Below are positions 11,772 to 24,484 of a stretch of DNA of 48,170 nucleotides, one piece after another. The notes beneath the pieces were generated by a model. That model was not told where the DNA came from and searched no databases. It saw only the letters and a list, made by a program, of their open reading frames with translations. This DNA is from Atractiella rhizophila (taxonomy: Eukaryota), in NCBI GenBank assembly GCA_021432655.1, contig MU271183.1, positions 145,081 through 193,250 on the forward strand. The letters are read 5' to 3'. How positions within the stretch are numbered: the first letter of the stretch is position 1; each line of letters opens with the position of its first letter. A program made the position numbers and the translations under genes.

Positions 11772-14700
11772 TCAAGAAGTAGAATCCTCAACAAGATTAG
11801 CCTGCGTATCTTCTTCGTTTTCTTGCTCTTCAGTGTCATCCCTAAATATCCAATGCGCTTGGATGATGAGCAGTTTGATGGCAGAAGTGGCCTTTCCTAA
11901 GTTTTGCATTTGCACGCCAAATTGGGCATCCCCCGGAGCTGGCCGCATGATGGACGGTGCGAAAACAATCGCCTGGCATAATTGTAAGCAATTTAGCGGT
12001 AGGGGCTTCTAATACCTACCAGCGCATGAGGCTGCATGGAATTCTCTTGCTCATGGTCGCTAACCCTATAAGCAGATCAAACCTCCTCACCCTTGACAAA
12101 AGAAACTAAACTAACGTGAATAGATGTTCCATAAGCCGACGCAAAAGGAGAAAATGAGGTTGCGGCAGTCTCCAAACTAGGTCTCGCAATTGATACATCT
12201 TCTCATTGTAGTCCATGACGCCTACAATATTTCAGTGAGCGAGGCGCTCAGAAAGTTCCAAGGACAAGACAGACTTGCTGCGTCGATAAAACTTTGATAG
12301 AACGCATGAGGAATGACTGTATCAGGCAGCAGCCTGAGCCATAGTTTGAGCGCTCCCGTGACATTATGGCAATCGCTGAACGATCCATTCTCAAGGTCAA
12401 CGATCGCCGCACCTATGATCAATCTTTGGTATAGGTAAAGACACAGGACGGAAGGAGGGACAACTAACCTTTCTTGTCAAAAGCCTCCTTCATCGCATTG
12501 ATTACCTTATTCTCCCCTGAAATCCGATAAATGCCAACCTCAGCAAGACCTGAAGCCATTTGTCAAAGACAATTAATTCTGGGCAAAAAAATTACCTCGC
12601 CGCTCCACCACTGACAAACACTTCTCAACAATGAGAGGTATGGTTCCCTGCTCCTTCTCCAGCAAGTCATAAAGTGGGACACCATACACTAAACATCGTT
12701 GATCAGTCATGAGCGCCGAGGTCAGGAAAGACTACCGACCAGAGTTTTGCCCAGCCAATGGTTTCCCTTCCTTTATGAAATGCTCTGGCCGATTAGTCAT
12801 CTCAACTGGTGGCTGAGTAAGAAGAAAAGTAGCCCGTTTGGTCGCCAGAGTGATCGCAGCTTGATTGATCGCTTTCATCCACAAGTCCAGCTCATGCAGG
12901 TCTTTTGCTTGGAACAAGGTTCGATTGCCATCTTCCACTCCCAATTCGAACAAGAAGGATCGCTGGTTATTAGTGTATCTTGTGAGCGAAACTGCGTCCA
13001 GCGTGATCACCTGGTAAGGTTTCTGAGAAGTCGAGAGAGGATCAAAGGATCTTAAAGCGGACAGTGCTCTGTTGGACGGAACGATGAGATCTTGTGCACT
13101 AGAGTTCGAGGGCTTGACAGCTCTGAACAGCGCGGTCATTCTTTTCGAACGACCAACGACATTGGCACTTTGATCTGGAAGCTTCGTTAGATCCACTGCT
13201 CTGTCCCTCTCCTTTTCCTTCGCCTTCTGATCCCGCAACAGTTTGTCTTGAGCACTTCGGTCGCGACGTGCTTTGTCGTGTTGTTGCTGTACGAGGTTGT
13301 GGAAAGGACGTGGAAGCTTGCTCATGGACCGTTGTTGGCCAGGGATGGGAGAACTCAACCCTTCTTCGTATAGAGCGCAGCTTCGAAGGACTCGCATGGA
13401 AAGATTCCGTGGTTCAATAGTTCCCAGAAATGTATCCGGAGCTGCCCGACTTCTCTCCTTGTTCAAGCAATGCGTTATAAACCAGGAGAGGAGCTGAAAG
13501 CGCTGGAAATCGATTAGCTGATCTGTGGTGTCTCCAGTCTGGGTCTCACGCTTAGATTTTCCGTATGGTGTGAGGATAGACAATAATACTCACCCCGATG
13601 AGAACTTCCATCGAACGCTCTAAAATCCAGCCTAAATCGACGTGGAGGAAGGAGGTTTCAGTCATGCGATGCTTTGTGGGTTTTAAGAGGGTAATCAACG
13701 ACTCAGATGAACCTCCTCTCGCCTCCACAACGTTCTTCCAAGCGTGGTCAAACAATCGAGATTCTGGCGAAAGGAGAGCTGAAACAATTGCACGTTCGAC
13801 GAAGGACGGTATAAGAGATGCCAAAACGTCTTCATTAGCTCTCTTATGCTGCTCTACGAGCGCCATCCGTTGCATCCTCCTTCTGCAAACAACTATCGCA
13901 TCCAAATATCTCTCGATCCGCTCTTGTCGCTGCCAGACATTAAGGTCAGGGTCCGCCAATTCGGTCGTGAGCCACCGGACAATGGTTTGCCGAAGCCCAA
14001 GGTACATTTGGATAGATTCACTGAAACGCTGTAGAAGGATGTGGAGAGTGAGGTAGATATCCGCTATTAGCACTTCAGAATCGTCACCCAAAGTTGTTGG
14101 TCGAAATGGGTGGTAGCCTCTGGAAGACCTCCCAATAGAATACATGACGTGAATGGCAGAATAGAGATCTTGTTCGCTGATGTTTTTACCTCGCAGTCCG
14201 ACCACTGCGTCCAGCTGTGACACCAAATCCTCAGCGGAAAGATCTCCAACCTGCAACCTTCGTTGGACATCACCCTTGACAAGCGGTGTTGGGGAAGGCA
14301 ATGGTCTAAGGCCGTTTAGATCGAATGATCGGACTACATCAGCCACAACCTTCCGGTAGCTCTGCGCACTTGCCGAGTTTGTTGAATCTAGCGGTTGACG
14401 ACGGAGCTGTTCGAGAAAATCAATAAAAGTTCGAGACAGCATCGGATCATCCTTGAAATCCTGAGGGGAGAATTCTATCCATGCTTTGAATGACAAGAGA
14501 GCGAGCGTCTCAATCTGGCGAGTTTCATCAGTAACGGAGGTTGAGTTCCCTGTCCAACTGGGAAAAGGATTCGACGAGGTTGTACCATCGGAAGCAGCAC
14601 TTGGAGCTCCTTGGAAGCGCTTCTTCAGCTCAGTGAAAAGATTCATGGGGGACGTGAGAGCCCTGAAACTCTTGAAGAAAGTCTCGCGGAAATCGTCCAA

Positions 14701-17700
14701 ATCAATAGTCAGGAGGCGACCTGGCGCAAAGGTTGACTCCCCATTATCGTCAATGTGTGGGCTTCTCAAGCGCTCTACACCGAGCACGAGGATATCGAGG
14801 AGCCGTTCCAACGTTCCCGACTTGACCGTGACCAACAGGTGATCCGGTACTAAGGACGTCCTTCGCACTGGACTTTCAATGGTTGGCATGACCGCACTAA
14901 GACTTCCACGGCGAGAGAAGTCTGGTGACACCCGAGCAGTATCTCCTTTAACCTTCAAGACTAGGTCGCCAGAGCCAAAGCTGAAGAGAGGCGAGCCATG
15001 ATCTGCCGAGAGGTTCATTTCTCTCCTGATTTTTGTCAAAGTGCTAGCCCGTCGCGACGATGTGGTTGGGGGAGGGTATGACTGACGCCTAGCAAGTTTA
15101 TGTTTCCCAAGGTGCGGATCAAAATCTGGAAACGGTGCGACATCTTCTGTGCTCCGTAGAGCTGCATCCAATGTATCGAGGAGGGTATGGCGATCAGTGA
15201 ACTCTAGGAAGGGAACTGGCTGTGAAAACAAGAGGGGGGAACAAGCGAGAAGCACAGAGTGCGTCGACACCCGTGCTGTCGCCTCGCCGACTTGAAGGAG
15301 ACTGGAAAGAGGGGCTTCGAGTTGCTTCGACGCAGGATAACAATCCAACGCTCTGCATGGGTACTGAGCTTCCACATTATGCTTCGCAAATCCAGAGAAG
15401 AACGTTTGGAAGTCGAGTATGGCTTCGACTGGCTTGGATGCCGTGCTGGGGATCTTTGAGTTTCGCCAACTCAGCAAAGTGCAATGCAACTTCTGGCAAA
15501 CTGATCTCCACTGAGGAAAGTCGATCACAGTCTCGGCAGTTTCCGCTGGCTGCATCGGTGCTATGGTTGAAATTTGCCTTCCTAAATCGCGCAAGACGCT
15601 TCCGAAGTAAGGAATCCTCCCATCGGCACCTTCGACCTGTGCCGAATCCCCAGTGACAGGGTAGGGAGAAGATCCAATTGCCGCTAGCTGACGCGCCCAA
15701 TTGTGATAGACGGCAGATTGAAGATGCTGCCCAACATGATACCAAGACCTCTGGAGACGCAAAATCGGAGCTGAGCAGATCGATTGGGCCACTGCAATCC
15801 ACCCAGCCATGTCTCCAATTTTTCGCAGCTCCTCCCCCACCTCGATCCAAAATGCAAGCAAGAGACTGCTTTTCTCTTTGTTGAGTGGTGTCGAGTTCTG
15901 GACCAACGAAAATGTGTTTGTCGTCTGATCAATAAGCTTCAGCGTTCCCACAGTGGGGAATAGACTGGCGAAAATGATGTGCGAGAGGAAGTGCGGTCGC
16001 TCATTCGGCTCGAAGGAGAAGAGTTGAAGGAGGAACGGAGGACCAAAATCAAGGTCTTGACTTCTTCCGTACTCGGGTACTCCAGTGAACCCCTTGGCGG
16101 TACGAAGGATGGTTCTGAGTTCGTCTGAGTGATTTGAGAGGTTCTGCCATCGTGTAAAATGGAAGAGGTGGAGTTGTTGAGCGAATTCTACGGGATTGAG
16201 CGTGATCAACATGTCCGCCGTCATTCCGTACCTCAGCATGGGTTTGAGGTCTGGCCTATCCTGAGTCGCTTTCATCGCGCTACCAGAGCTGGAAGAGGCT
16301 GATCTGGCGTACGGAGGTCGAGAGTCTATGAGAACGTCTGCCGTGGAGATAATCCTCAAAGTCGCACCCTTGAAGCTAATGGTATTGTTCAACTTCTCTT
16401 TAAGCGGGATCGCGCCATCCCATCCGTCGGCCTCTGCTTTTTGCAGAAGATCATTTAGCATCCTTCCCAACGCGCTGAAGCTGTTTCCATCAGCCAAATC
16501 TCCTTCAAACTCGTCAATCCAAATCTCCACGACGCGAGCCAGTCGTTTCCTCAACTTCCATTCCACGACCAACTCCTCCTCTTCTTTCTTCTGCGATTCT
16601 ACAGTCCTCCAAGCGAGGTCTGCGCACCTCTCCATCTCACCAACCATCTTCCCCTCTGTGCAACCCCAGATGGGCCATCCCAACAGCAAAGTCCTCACAA
16701 AACCGTCATATTCTGCCGTAGTAGTCCTTGTTGTCTCGTCTACTCCAGCGCTAGAAAACGTAGTCGCAAAGACAGCCTCGTGCATGAACGCGTCAATAGA
16801 GCCTTTAAGTAGTTCCCCATCATCGGAGACTACAAGATCAGGATGCGTTTTATGGCCCCAATATGTTCTCTGTTTCCTCCTTCCGACACCAGAAGCTGCA
16901 GTTTTGACGTCTGTGGACCGTGGTGTCGTTTCGTCTGCAGGAGAATTTGGAGAGTACGAAGGATGGTCTATTATTTTGGTGGGAAACAATGTTCTGGCGG
17001 TATTACTGATATCGGAGGGCAGTTTGAAGAGATACAGTTTTGAACCCTTCAACACAGCTTTGAATGGTTTCCAATTCTTCGACAGGTCGATTTCTGGCTT
17101 GGTATTAGGGAGAGGAGCAGACGGTGGAGGTTTGTTCGAGAAATAAAGGTTAAGGGGCGAGTTTGCAGGGAGCGGAAAGAACGATGTCTGAGTCGGGTTC
17201 GCAGATAACTGGCCGCCCTTCCACCCTCCTCCAATATTAGATGAGGGAGGATAATCAGTTTTCCTCTGCAAGTACCCCGAATAGATGATCGTCTGACTCT
17301 CCCTCTTCTTTCCCTCCTTGCTCTGCTCCTCCTTTTGCGTAGCTCCACCCATACCTCCGATCCCAATTCCTTGGCCCCAATCAAAACTGAAAGCCTTCTG
17401 CTTCGGCGTCCTCCCTCCTCCTCCTGCTGAGGTCGAGCTAGCAGAGATAGGAGTCTTCATGTCATCCTCTTTCTTCCGCACCCCATCCGATATATTCAAC
17501 GAGAGAAGCGGCGCGGAATCCGAAGCGCTCATCTTCCCTCCGGCTGCTCCGCTCTTTCGAGGTGGTCTCCTCTTCTGCCCTGCGCCGTTTAGAGGGAGCT
17601 CGACAGCGATCGGAGTTGGATTTTGCAAGGCATCGAAGGAAGGCGACGAGCGCGAGAGAGGGGAACGATCGTCCGCTGATCGACGAGGAAGCGCGATGCC

Positions 17701-18522
17701 TTGCGAGGACCCGAAAGCGGGAACACTGAGCCCGGTTGGCGTGGCAGGGGCGGAGGAAGGGGGAGGGAAGCGGGAGAGATCGTCTGCAGATTGGGAAAAG
17801 ACTTTCTTCAACTGATACCACAAGTGTTGATCAGCACAAGCGCGGGAAATGGGAACGGGTCGAAGGAAGAGTAGAAATGGGAACGGGTCGAAGGAAGAGT
17901 AGAAATGGCGTACATTACTTAGACCACCTTTCTTCTCCCTCTCCGCCCTCATATCTTCTACCTCCTTAGGGATAGCAAAGAGCGATCCGCTGCTCTCGCT
18001 CTCGCTCATGCTTTCCTTCTTTCCCTTCTTTCCGAACGCTAGCACCGCGACTGGGACATCAGGTTTTGTCGAGCTCTTGCTCCGACCCCACATCTTCCCT
18101 CCACCTGCGACCTTCAGATCTTTTGACTGAGGAGGAGGAAGGGAGGTAGATGCAGAGACGGGAGATGAGGTGGGGAAGGCTACTCCGCCACTCCTCTCCT
18201 CGTTGCCGTTAGCGTTAGGGAACGTCCCTGCTTCACGGTTCGCGTTGTTGCCGTTTGCATTCTTCGGTGCCAAAGCAGCCTCTACCGGAACAGTCCCGAG
18301 AGTGTTGGACCTGTCGCGTTTTCCTGGGTTGTTGAAGCGGGAGAAGATGCCGAAAAATGGCTGCGAGCTGGAGGAGGTCATGCCCTCCTTGTGTGACGGA
18401 AGAGTTGGGGAGCTGGGAAGAGTCGGAGAGGTGGGAGAGGTAGCGGATGCAAGTTTGCCATTAGAGAGGGAGTTAGATGAAGAGGAAGAAGTGAGATGTT
18501 GCTTCTTTCGAAATGGGATCAT
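11772..18522 (-). CDS. Bem2-like multidomain GTPase regulator (PH-like, RasGEF/RasGEF_N-like, PH, C-terminal RhoGAP)
   Basis: 1699-aa ORF with WKPFKAVLKGSKLYLFK and TVKSGTLERLLDILV; PH end LFQAKDLHELDLWMKAIN; RhoGAP exons VYGVPL..IPLIVEKCL, GIYRISG (Arg finger), VTGALKLWLRLLPD, AIVFAPSIMRP. Start codon choice is uncertain. Confidence 0.82.
17846..17908. repeat. Exact 28-bp tandem repeat (2.25 copies) inside a 102-nt intron
   Basis: gaaatgggaacgggtcgaaggaagagta twice, plus gaaatgg. The intron is 17812-17913 on the minus strand. Confidence 0.9.
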
Positions 18523-20259
18523 GATTTTCTGTTCGTGCGGAGGGTGGCAATCGCAGTCAATACCAATATCTGAAAGAGGAGAAAGGGAGGGGCACCCACA
18601 AAGTAATTTTATACTGTTATAAAGATATTGTTGTACACCTTGAAAATCCAAGAAGTATTATGAGGTCTAGTTGAATACCTAGGCCCAAATCGACGCGTTA
18701 ATCAATCTGCAACGGTTCACGCCGAGACGGAGGCCAGATAGTAAAGCTTCGGAGCAGCACTCCTCAACACCAAAACCACAAACCCCAAGTTCTCTTGTGA
18801 GACAGGAATGCAAAGACCTGGCAGGGAAGAAAGAAAGGAACCCCTATCTCTTCCCATCGTAACAGGAACCCAACTGACCTTCTACCAACCAGATTTTGCC
18901 TGAAAATGTAAATGTGCCAACCAATAAACCAAAATTCAATCGCCGCAGTGGATCCTTGGTAAGCTACAAGACAACACAACCGTAGGAATACCTAGAGAGT
19001 GAAATATCGTCGTCGTTCGCACGAATAATCGAACGGGAAGCAATTGAGGGAACACGTAGATGCTAAGTCAACCGCAGCTGGGAGCGTCAAGAAAACCACC
19101 ATCTGAGCGCCATCTGTTAGTTATATGCTCCACAAAACCGCCATGCAAGGTACTTACTTATCTTATTAGTCGCGATGACTATGTGATGTGCTCGTGGGGA
19201 TGCAGCATTTCAGCGTACGTTTTCTCGTTGATAGGGCAATCGATAAACGGTAGCGTTTTAATTGAGCCAAAGTGGCTGTAAGCCAGCAACTCGACCTCGT
19301 CTTCAGGGTGGAGGAGGCCTTGTTGGATTTATGAAAATGTATTGAGGATTCAAGTATGAATATGAATAGCTGTAGCCTCGCTGTAGCAGCAAAGACGTTT
19401 GTAAAGTATCTATGTCACCAGATAACAACACTCTGTCGGACCCAACTGAGATGTTCCTTGGTGCTGGCACACATATAGTTGCACCAAGTGCAAAACTCTT
19501 TGAGTGTTGCTTTAACACCCTGCCCTTCAGTAATTCTCTACTCAAGCTGCCAGTTAGATCACGCACATGAGCTACGTCAAAGATGGCTGTCACCTTTCTG
19601 ATCTTGTTCTGTTGGGATCTGCATAGGACCCGTCAGTCACTGCGCGTAGATTTGTCAAACTTACTAGTTCCAATGGCTGGATATTGGATATAGGACCGTT
19701 TATCTAGAAGTATAAAGCTAACATATAAAGTCGAGCCATGATCCGATAACTTGTTTGACTTCTCATGTGTCCATCGTCAGCTTCCGTTTGGATAACCCGT
19801 CGCGGATCAAGATCATGCATTACTTAGGAAAGAGAATATTTTATGTAAGATTTTCAGCATTGAGGAACCCTAGTTCTACCAACTAGCACATTCTTCCATT
19901 CATGCTGGATATGCTAGTAGTTCTGTCTATCATGGACTTGCTCTTCATTTTACCCTGCCGCGAGAGGTTAATATCACTGCGATAACACAATCCAGTTCGT
20001 GCAGAAATCATTCCTTGGAAAATCCACCGCATACCACGGCTCCAATTATCAAGTAGCTGGAGCAATAGCAAAAGTTTGGATAAGCATAATTTTATTGCCG
20101 TCGATGATGGCAAGTTGTCGTACAATTGCCCTTCCTTGAAGATCAAACCATGAATATGGTTCGAAAGTAACTATCTCTCCTGTACTTTTATTAAATAAAA
20201 CAAACGAAGGAGTCCGTCTCTCCAACATTCACTGCAACAAAAGGATTGCAACGAAAGGA

Positions 20260-23200
20260 TTACTTCCCAAGCGGCCTAATGTCCATCATTCCCAATCCCA
20301 GATCCATCTCGCTCATCCTCTTCTTTGTCCTCTTCTCAAATTTTCCCTCGTCGGAAAATTTCCCTCCGTGAGACGAGTTGAGCGACCTCTTCTTCCCAGG
20401 TTCAGTGAGATAGAGATCGGCGGTAGCGACACTGGAGCATAAGGCTTCATTGCCCGATGGAATGGTCATCGCAGCAATGTCATTTGGTCGGGTGATGATA
20501 GCACTGTGGTCCAAACCTGTCAGCGTTGAAAGACTAGAAGAAAAGGAGATGCCCACGCTAGGAATCCAGAAGCGAGATGCCAACTGATTCAAGATGTTAG
20601 TTGGGTAAACCTTGTAATGTGAGTTCACGCACGCAATGTGACAATGCACCTATGAAACGGAAGATAAGTCAGTCTGGACCTAGAATGACTGGTAAGGGAG
20701 ATTACTCACCACCCAAACTCCAGGGTTGTCATTGGCAAATCTCAGAACGGCATATCCTCTAGAATATTCCTCAGAAAAGTCCGCAACAAAGAAAGCATGA
20801 TAGGCTTACCCTCCAGGGATGACGACTGTGTCCCTTCTTACGGGATTGGTAGTGTTGAATTCCAAGTTTGCGGCATCAGCCAGTGAGAGTTCGCCTGTTC
20901 CCCTGGCCACAACGTAGAACGTGTAACCGTGCAAATGGTACGCTGCGATCAATAATGAGGCAAAGTCACTGAACAAGAAAATAAAGAGCATACGATGGTC
21001 AAGCCCTCGGTCCTTTAGCGCCGCGGTCAGCTTAAGTGAAGAACTTAAAACAATCAGGACGAACGAGGTTATTGATCTACACAGCGCATCATCAATCGAA
21101 ATTTCCTTTTAATAGTAGTAAGGGAACGTACCAAGATGTCACCAACCCAGTATTCATCTTCGAAAGTTGCTGTGGTCACCGCACTTGCATTGGCTGTTCC
21201 ACCAGCATTGATAGTGGCGAGAAGGGGCTGGTTGACATAATTTGCTAGGACCTTCATTAGTTGCAAACTGGGACGGCGAGAGGAAGCATACTGTAGGGAG
21301 CTGCAAACAGGGGAGAGATCAGAGCGAGTTGGTCAACATAATAAAGACGTACTGCTGTTAACCATAAACCTGAATTCAGTCTCTCCAGCCACGGAAATCA
21401 GACCGAAGGCAGAGTCAAAGGCGATCCTCTTCCCAACCTCTGTCGGCGCGTCCTTTGCCACAATTGGGACCAATTCATCATCGTCCATATCGATGCATTC
21501 AGTCGGGAGAGCATCTGACCAGTCTGACGATGTGACATTCGCTACGGAAACTTTACGAGGGAATGTGCGTTTAATCGTGTTGCCTCCGTCTTGAACGGAG
21601 AGGATACCGACGGCGGTTGTGTTGAGCGTGGGATCGACGTAAGCGAAGCAATCCGTATTCTTGTCCACTGGTAAGCACAAGTGAAGAGGACGGAACACTC
21701 TGAAACATACCATTTCTGCCCGCATGTAGAAGGCAGTTCCATTGGTGTCTGAGCTGGTGTCTACGATGCTATGAAGTATCATGAGTGGGAAAAGAGAACC
21801 GGATAAAGCAAGGGAAACCGACACAGAATATCGCTGGCCATTATGGATAGGTACACGGTGGACAGCGTCTGCTCCAGAGACGGGAGTAGAATCGGCTTCG
21901 GTGACGTTGAGTGTGTGTTCGTCCACAGAGAAGTAAAATTGAGCATGGCTTCCGGAGTTGATAAGACGGATACGATATTTAGTGGCTGGGTCGACTGCAA
22001 AGACTGGGTATTGATCAGGCGTTGTACAGTTAAAGGTACGCTGCGATCAATAATGAGGCAAAGTCACTGAACAAGAAAATAAAGAGCATACGATGGTCAA
22101 GCCCTCGGTCCTTCAGCGCCGCGGTCAGCTTAAGTGAAGAACGTAAAACAATCAGGACGAACGAGGTTATTGATCTGCACAGAGCATCATCAATCAAATT
22201 TTCCTTTTAATAGTAGTAAGGGAACGTACCAAGATGTCACCAACCCAGTATTCATCTTCAAATGTTGCTGTGGTCACCGCACTCGCATTGGCTGTTCCAC
22301 CAGCATTGATAGTGGCGAGAAGGGGCTGATTGACATAATTTGCTAGGACCTTCATTAGTTGCAAGCCGTGACGGCGAGAGGAAGCATACTGTAAGGAGCT
22401 GCAAACAGGGGAGACATCAGAGCGAGTTGGACAAAATAATATAAGACGTACTGCTGTTAACCATAAACCTGAATTCAGTCTCTCCAGCCACGGAAATCAG
22501 ACCGAAGGCGGAGTCAAAGGCGATCCTCTTCCCAACCTCTGTCGGCGCGTCCTTGGCCACAATTGGGACCAATTCATCACCGTCCATATCGATGCATTCA
22601 GTCGGGAGAGCATCTGACCAGTCTGACGATGTGACATTCGCTACCGAAACTTTACGAGGGAATGTGTGTTTAATCTTGTTGCCTCCGTCTTGAATGGAGA
22701 GGATACCGACGGCGGTCGTGTTGAGAGTGGGATCGACGTAAGCGAAGCAATCGGTGTTCTTTTCCACCGGTAAGCACAAGTGAAGAGGAAGGAATACTCT
22801 GAAACATACCATTTCCGCGCGCATGTAGAAAGCAGTTCCATTGGTGTCTGAGCTGGTGTCTACGATGCTATGAAGCATCGTGAGTGGCAGAAGAGAACAG
22901 GATAAAGCAAGGAAAACTGACACAGAATACCTCTGGCCATTATGGATGGGTACACGGTGGACAGCGTCTGCTCCAGAGACGGGAGTAGAATCGGCTTCGG
23001 TGACGTTGAGTGTGTGTTCGTCCACAGAGAAGTAAAATTGAGCGTGGCTTCCCGAGTTGATAAGACGGATACGATACTTAGTAGCTGGGTCGACTGCAAA
23101 GACTGGGTATTGATCAGGCGTTGTACAGTTGCCGCTGGTGTCATCGACTAAGCTGTCATCGATGAGGGAGCAGTTGTAAATTCCTGCAATGTTACCATTA

Positions 23201-24484
23201 GCCCTAATCAGGATGTTGTGTAGAGATCTCACCTTGGCCGTTCAAAAGCGCTGACTGAGGTGACGGTGCTGCGATGGAACCTTGATAACCAGAATCGAGG
23301 AGCTAGTGCCGCAGCGATTAGTGACGCATTGAGGGTATGGAAAAACAAACATACTTCGTTGACAATGGTGGATGCTTCGTCGTGGTACCAATCCGCCATC
23401 ATTATGACCTAATGTAGGGTATTAACGCTTGACCTAAGTTCGGAAGAAGAAACTTACTTCTTCGATATCGAAGTCAACGCCGCGTTTCAGCGGATCGTCC
23501 GGAGAATGGATGATGAGGGGGCCTTGCAGGCCATCGGTGTATTGAACCGCAGAATGGGAGTGATACCTAACGCGGATATTGAATATCCTGCTGGAAAACG
23601 TAGCAAAAAGCTAACCAATACGTTCCATAATCCTGAGCAACCCATTCGTAGACGAAAGTTCCGTTCGAAGTATCATCAGCCGCTGGGATAGGGCACTATG
23701 TGTGAAGGTTGTCAACACTCTATACCCGACAGGAAGGAGAGGATTACTTGGGTCATTCCAGGTACTCCATCCATCCAAGGAGTCGAATTCTGATACATCC
23801 CGTGCCTAGCCAACCTTTAGATGTGGAACAAATAAGAATCAGAAGAATCACCAATGAACGCTTGTGCTAGAGGCCAATGTGTTGGTGATGTTAACTAGTG
23901 GTACAAGTCAGCCACAGCCTGCTTCAATTCTCTATTCTCACCAATGACAGTGTCTCCCACGTTGGCTGACGAGCACCTGTTAGTAGAAATTCCTAGAACA
24001 AAACCTGGCATGCTCACCTTCAATCAGTGGCCCCGGAGTAAGACCATTGATTGTGATCAGATTTCTGGAATAGCCATCAGGAGCGGCCGTTTTTGCTCTA
24101 TTGATAATGTTTGCGTCAATGACGATAGAAAGGAAGATGGAGATGACGGACGCTATCAACCAATCATAACTCCTTGTGGCCTTGAATGTCGAAGTAAGCT
24201 ACCTCTTATATTGTGAGGCAGAAGGAGCGGCTTGGACGTACAGGAGTATCAGTAATCTCGAACGAAGAGTTCAGACGATACTGTTGTCCCCTCGGAGGCA
24301 GACCACGCCCTGGACCCCTTGGATCACCAATAGGAACGACAGTCGCGATCGGGACTGCAGTTGATTGGGTCACCGTCGTGACGGGGTCATAGGATGCCGT
24401 TCTTCTTCCAAGCTCGTGTTCATGTTGAGCGGCCAGGCTCAGTGGTAAGAGAGACAGGAGCGAAAAGGCGGCGACAGAAAGCAT
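20260..24484 (-). CDS. Secreted multicopper oxidase (laccase-like, AA1); interrupted as assembled by an internal 1.1-kb duplication
   Basis: Signal peptide; Cu-binding motifs HWHG, WYHSH, HPYHLHG, HCHIAWH; WMDGVPGMTQCPI, GLQGPLIIHS, YRIRLIN, IHNGQRYS, NPVRRDT, NDNPGVW. Confidence 0.9.
20937..23130. repeat. Tandem duplication ~1095 bp x2 (20937-22031 and 22035-23130), diverged by scattered substitutions
   Basis: Both copies run ggtacgctgcgatc...gttgtacagtt and are separated by aaa. Paralogous ORFs at 21333 and 22417. Confidence 0.95.

Noticed and set aside
13598..18622. Long plus-strand ORFs (e.g. 16328-17146, 17318-17815)
   Set aside because: They are antisense shadows of the Bem2-like coding region.
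9992..24484. GGPP synthase near a laccase as a terpene biosynthetic cluster
   Set aside because: No terpene cyclase, P450, prenyltransferase or transporter is visible, and the neighbours are housekeeping/signalling genes.
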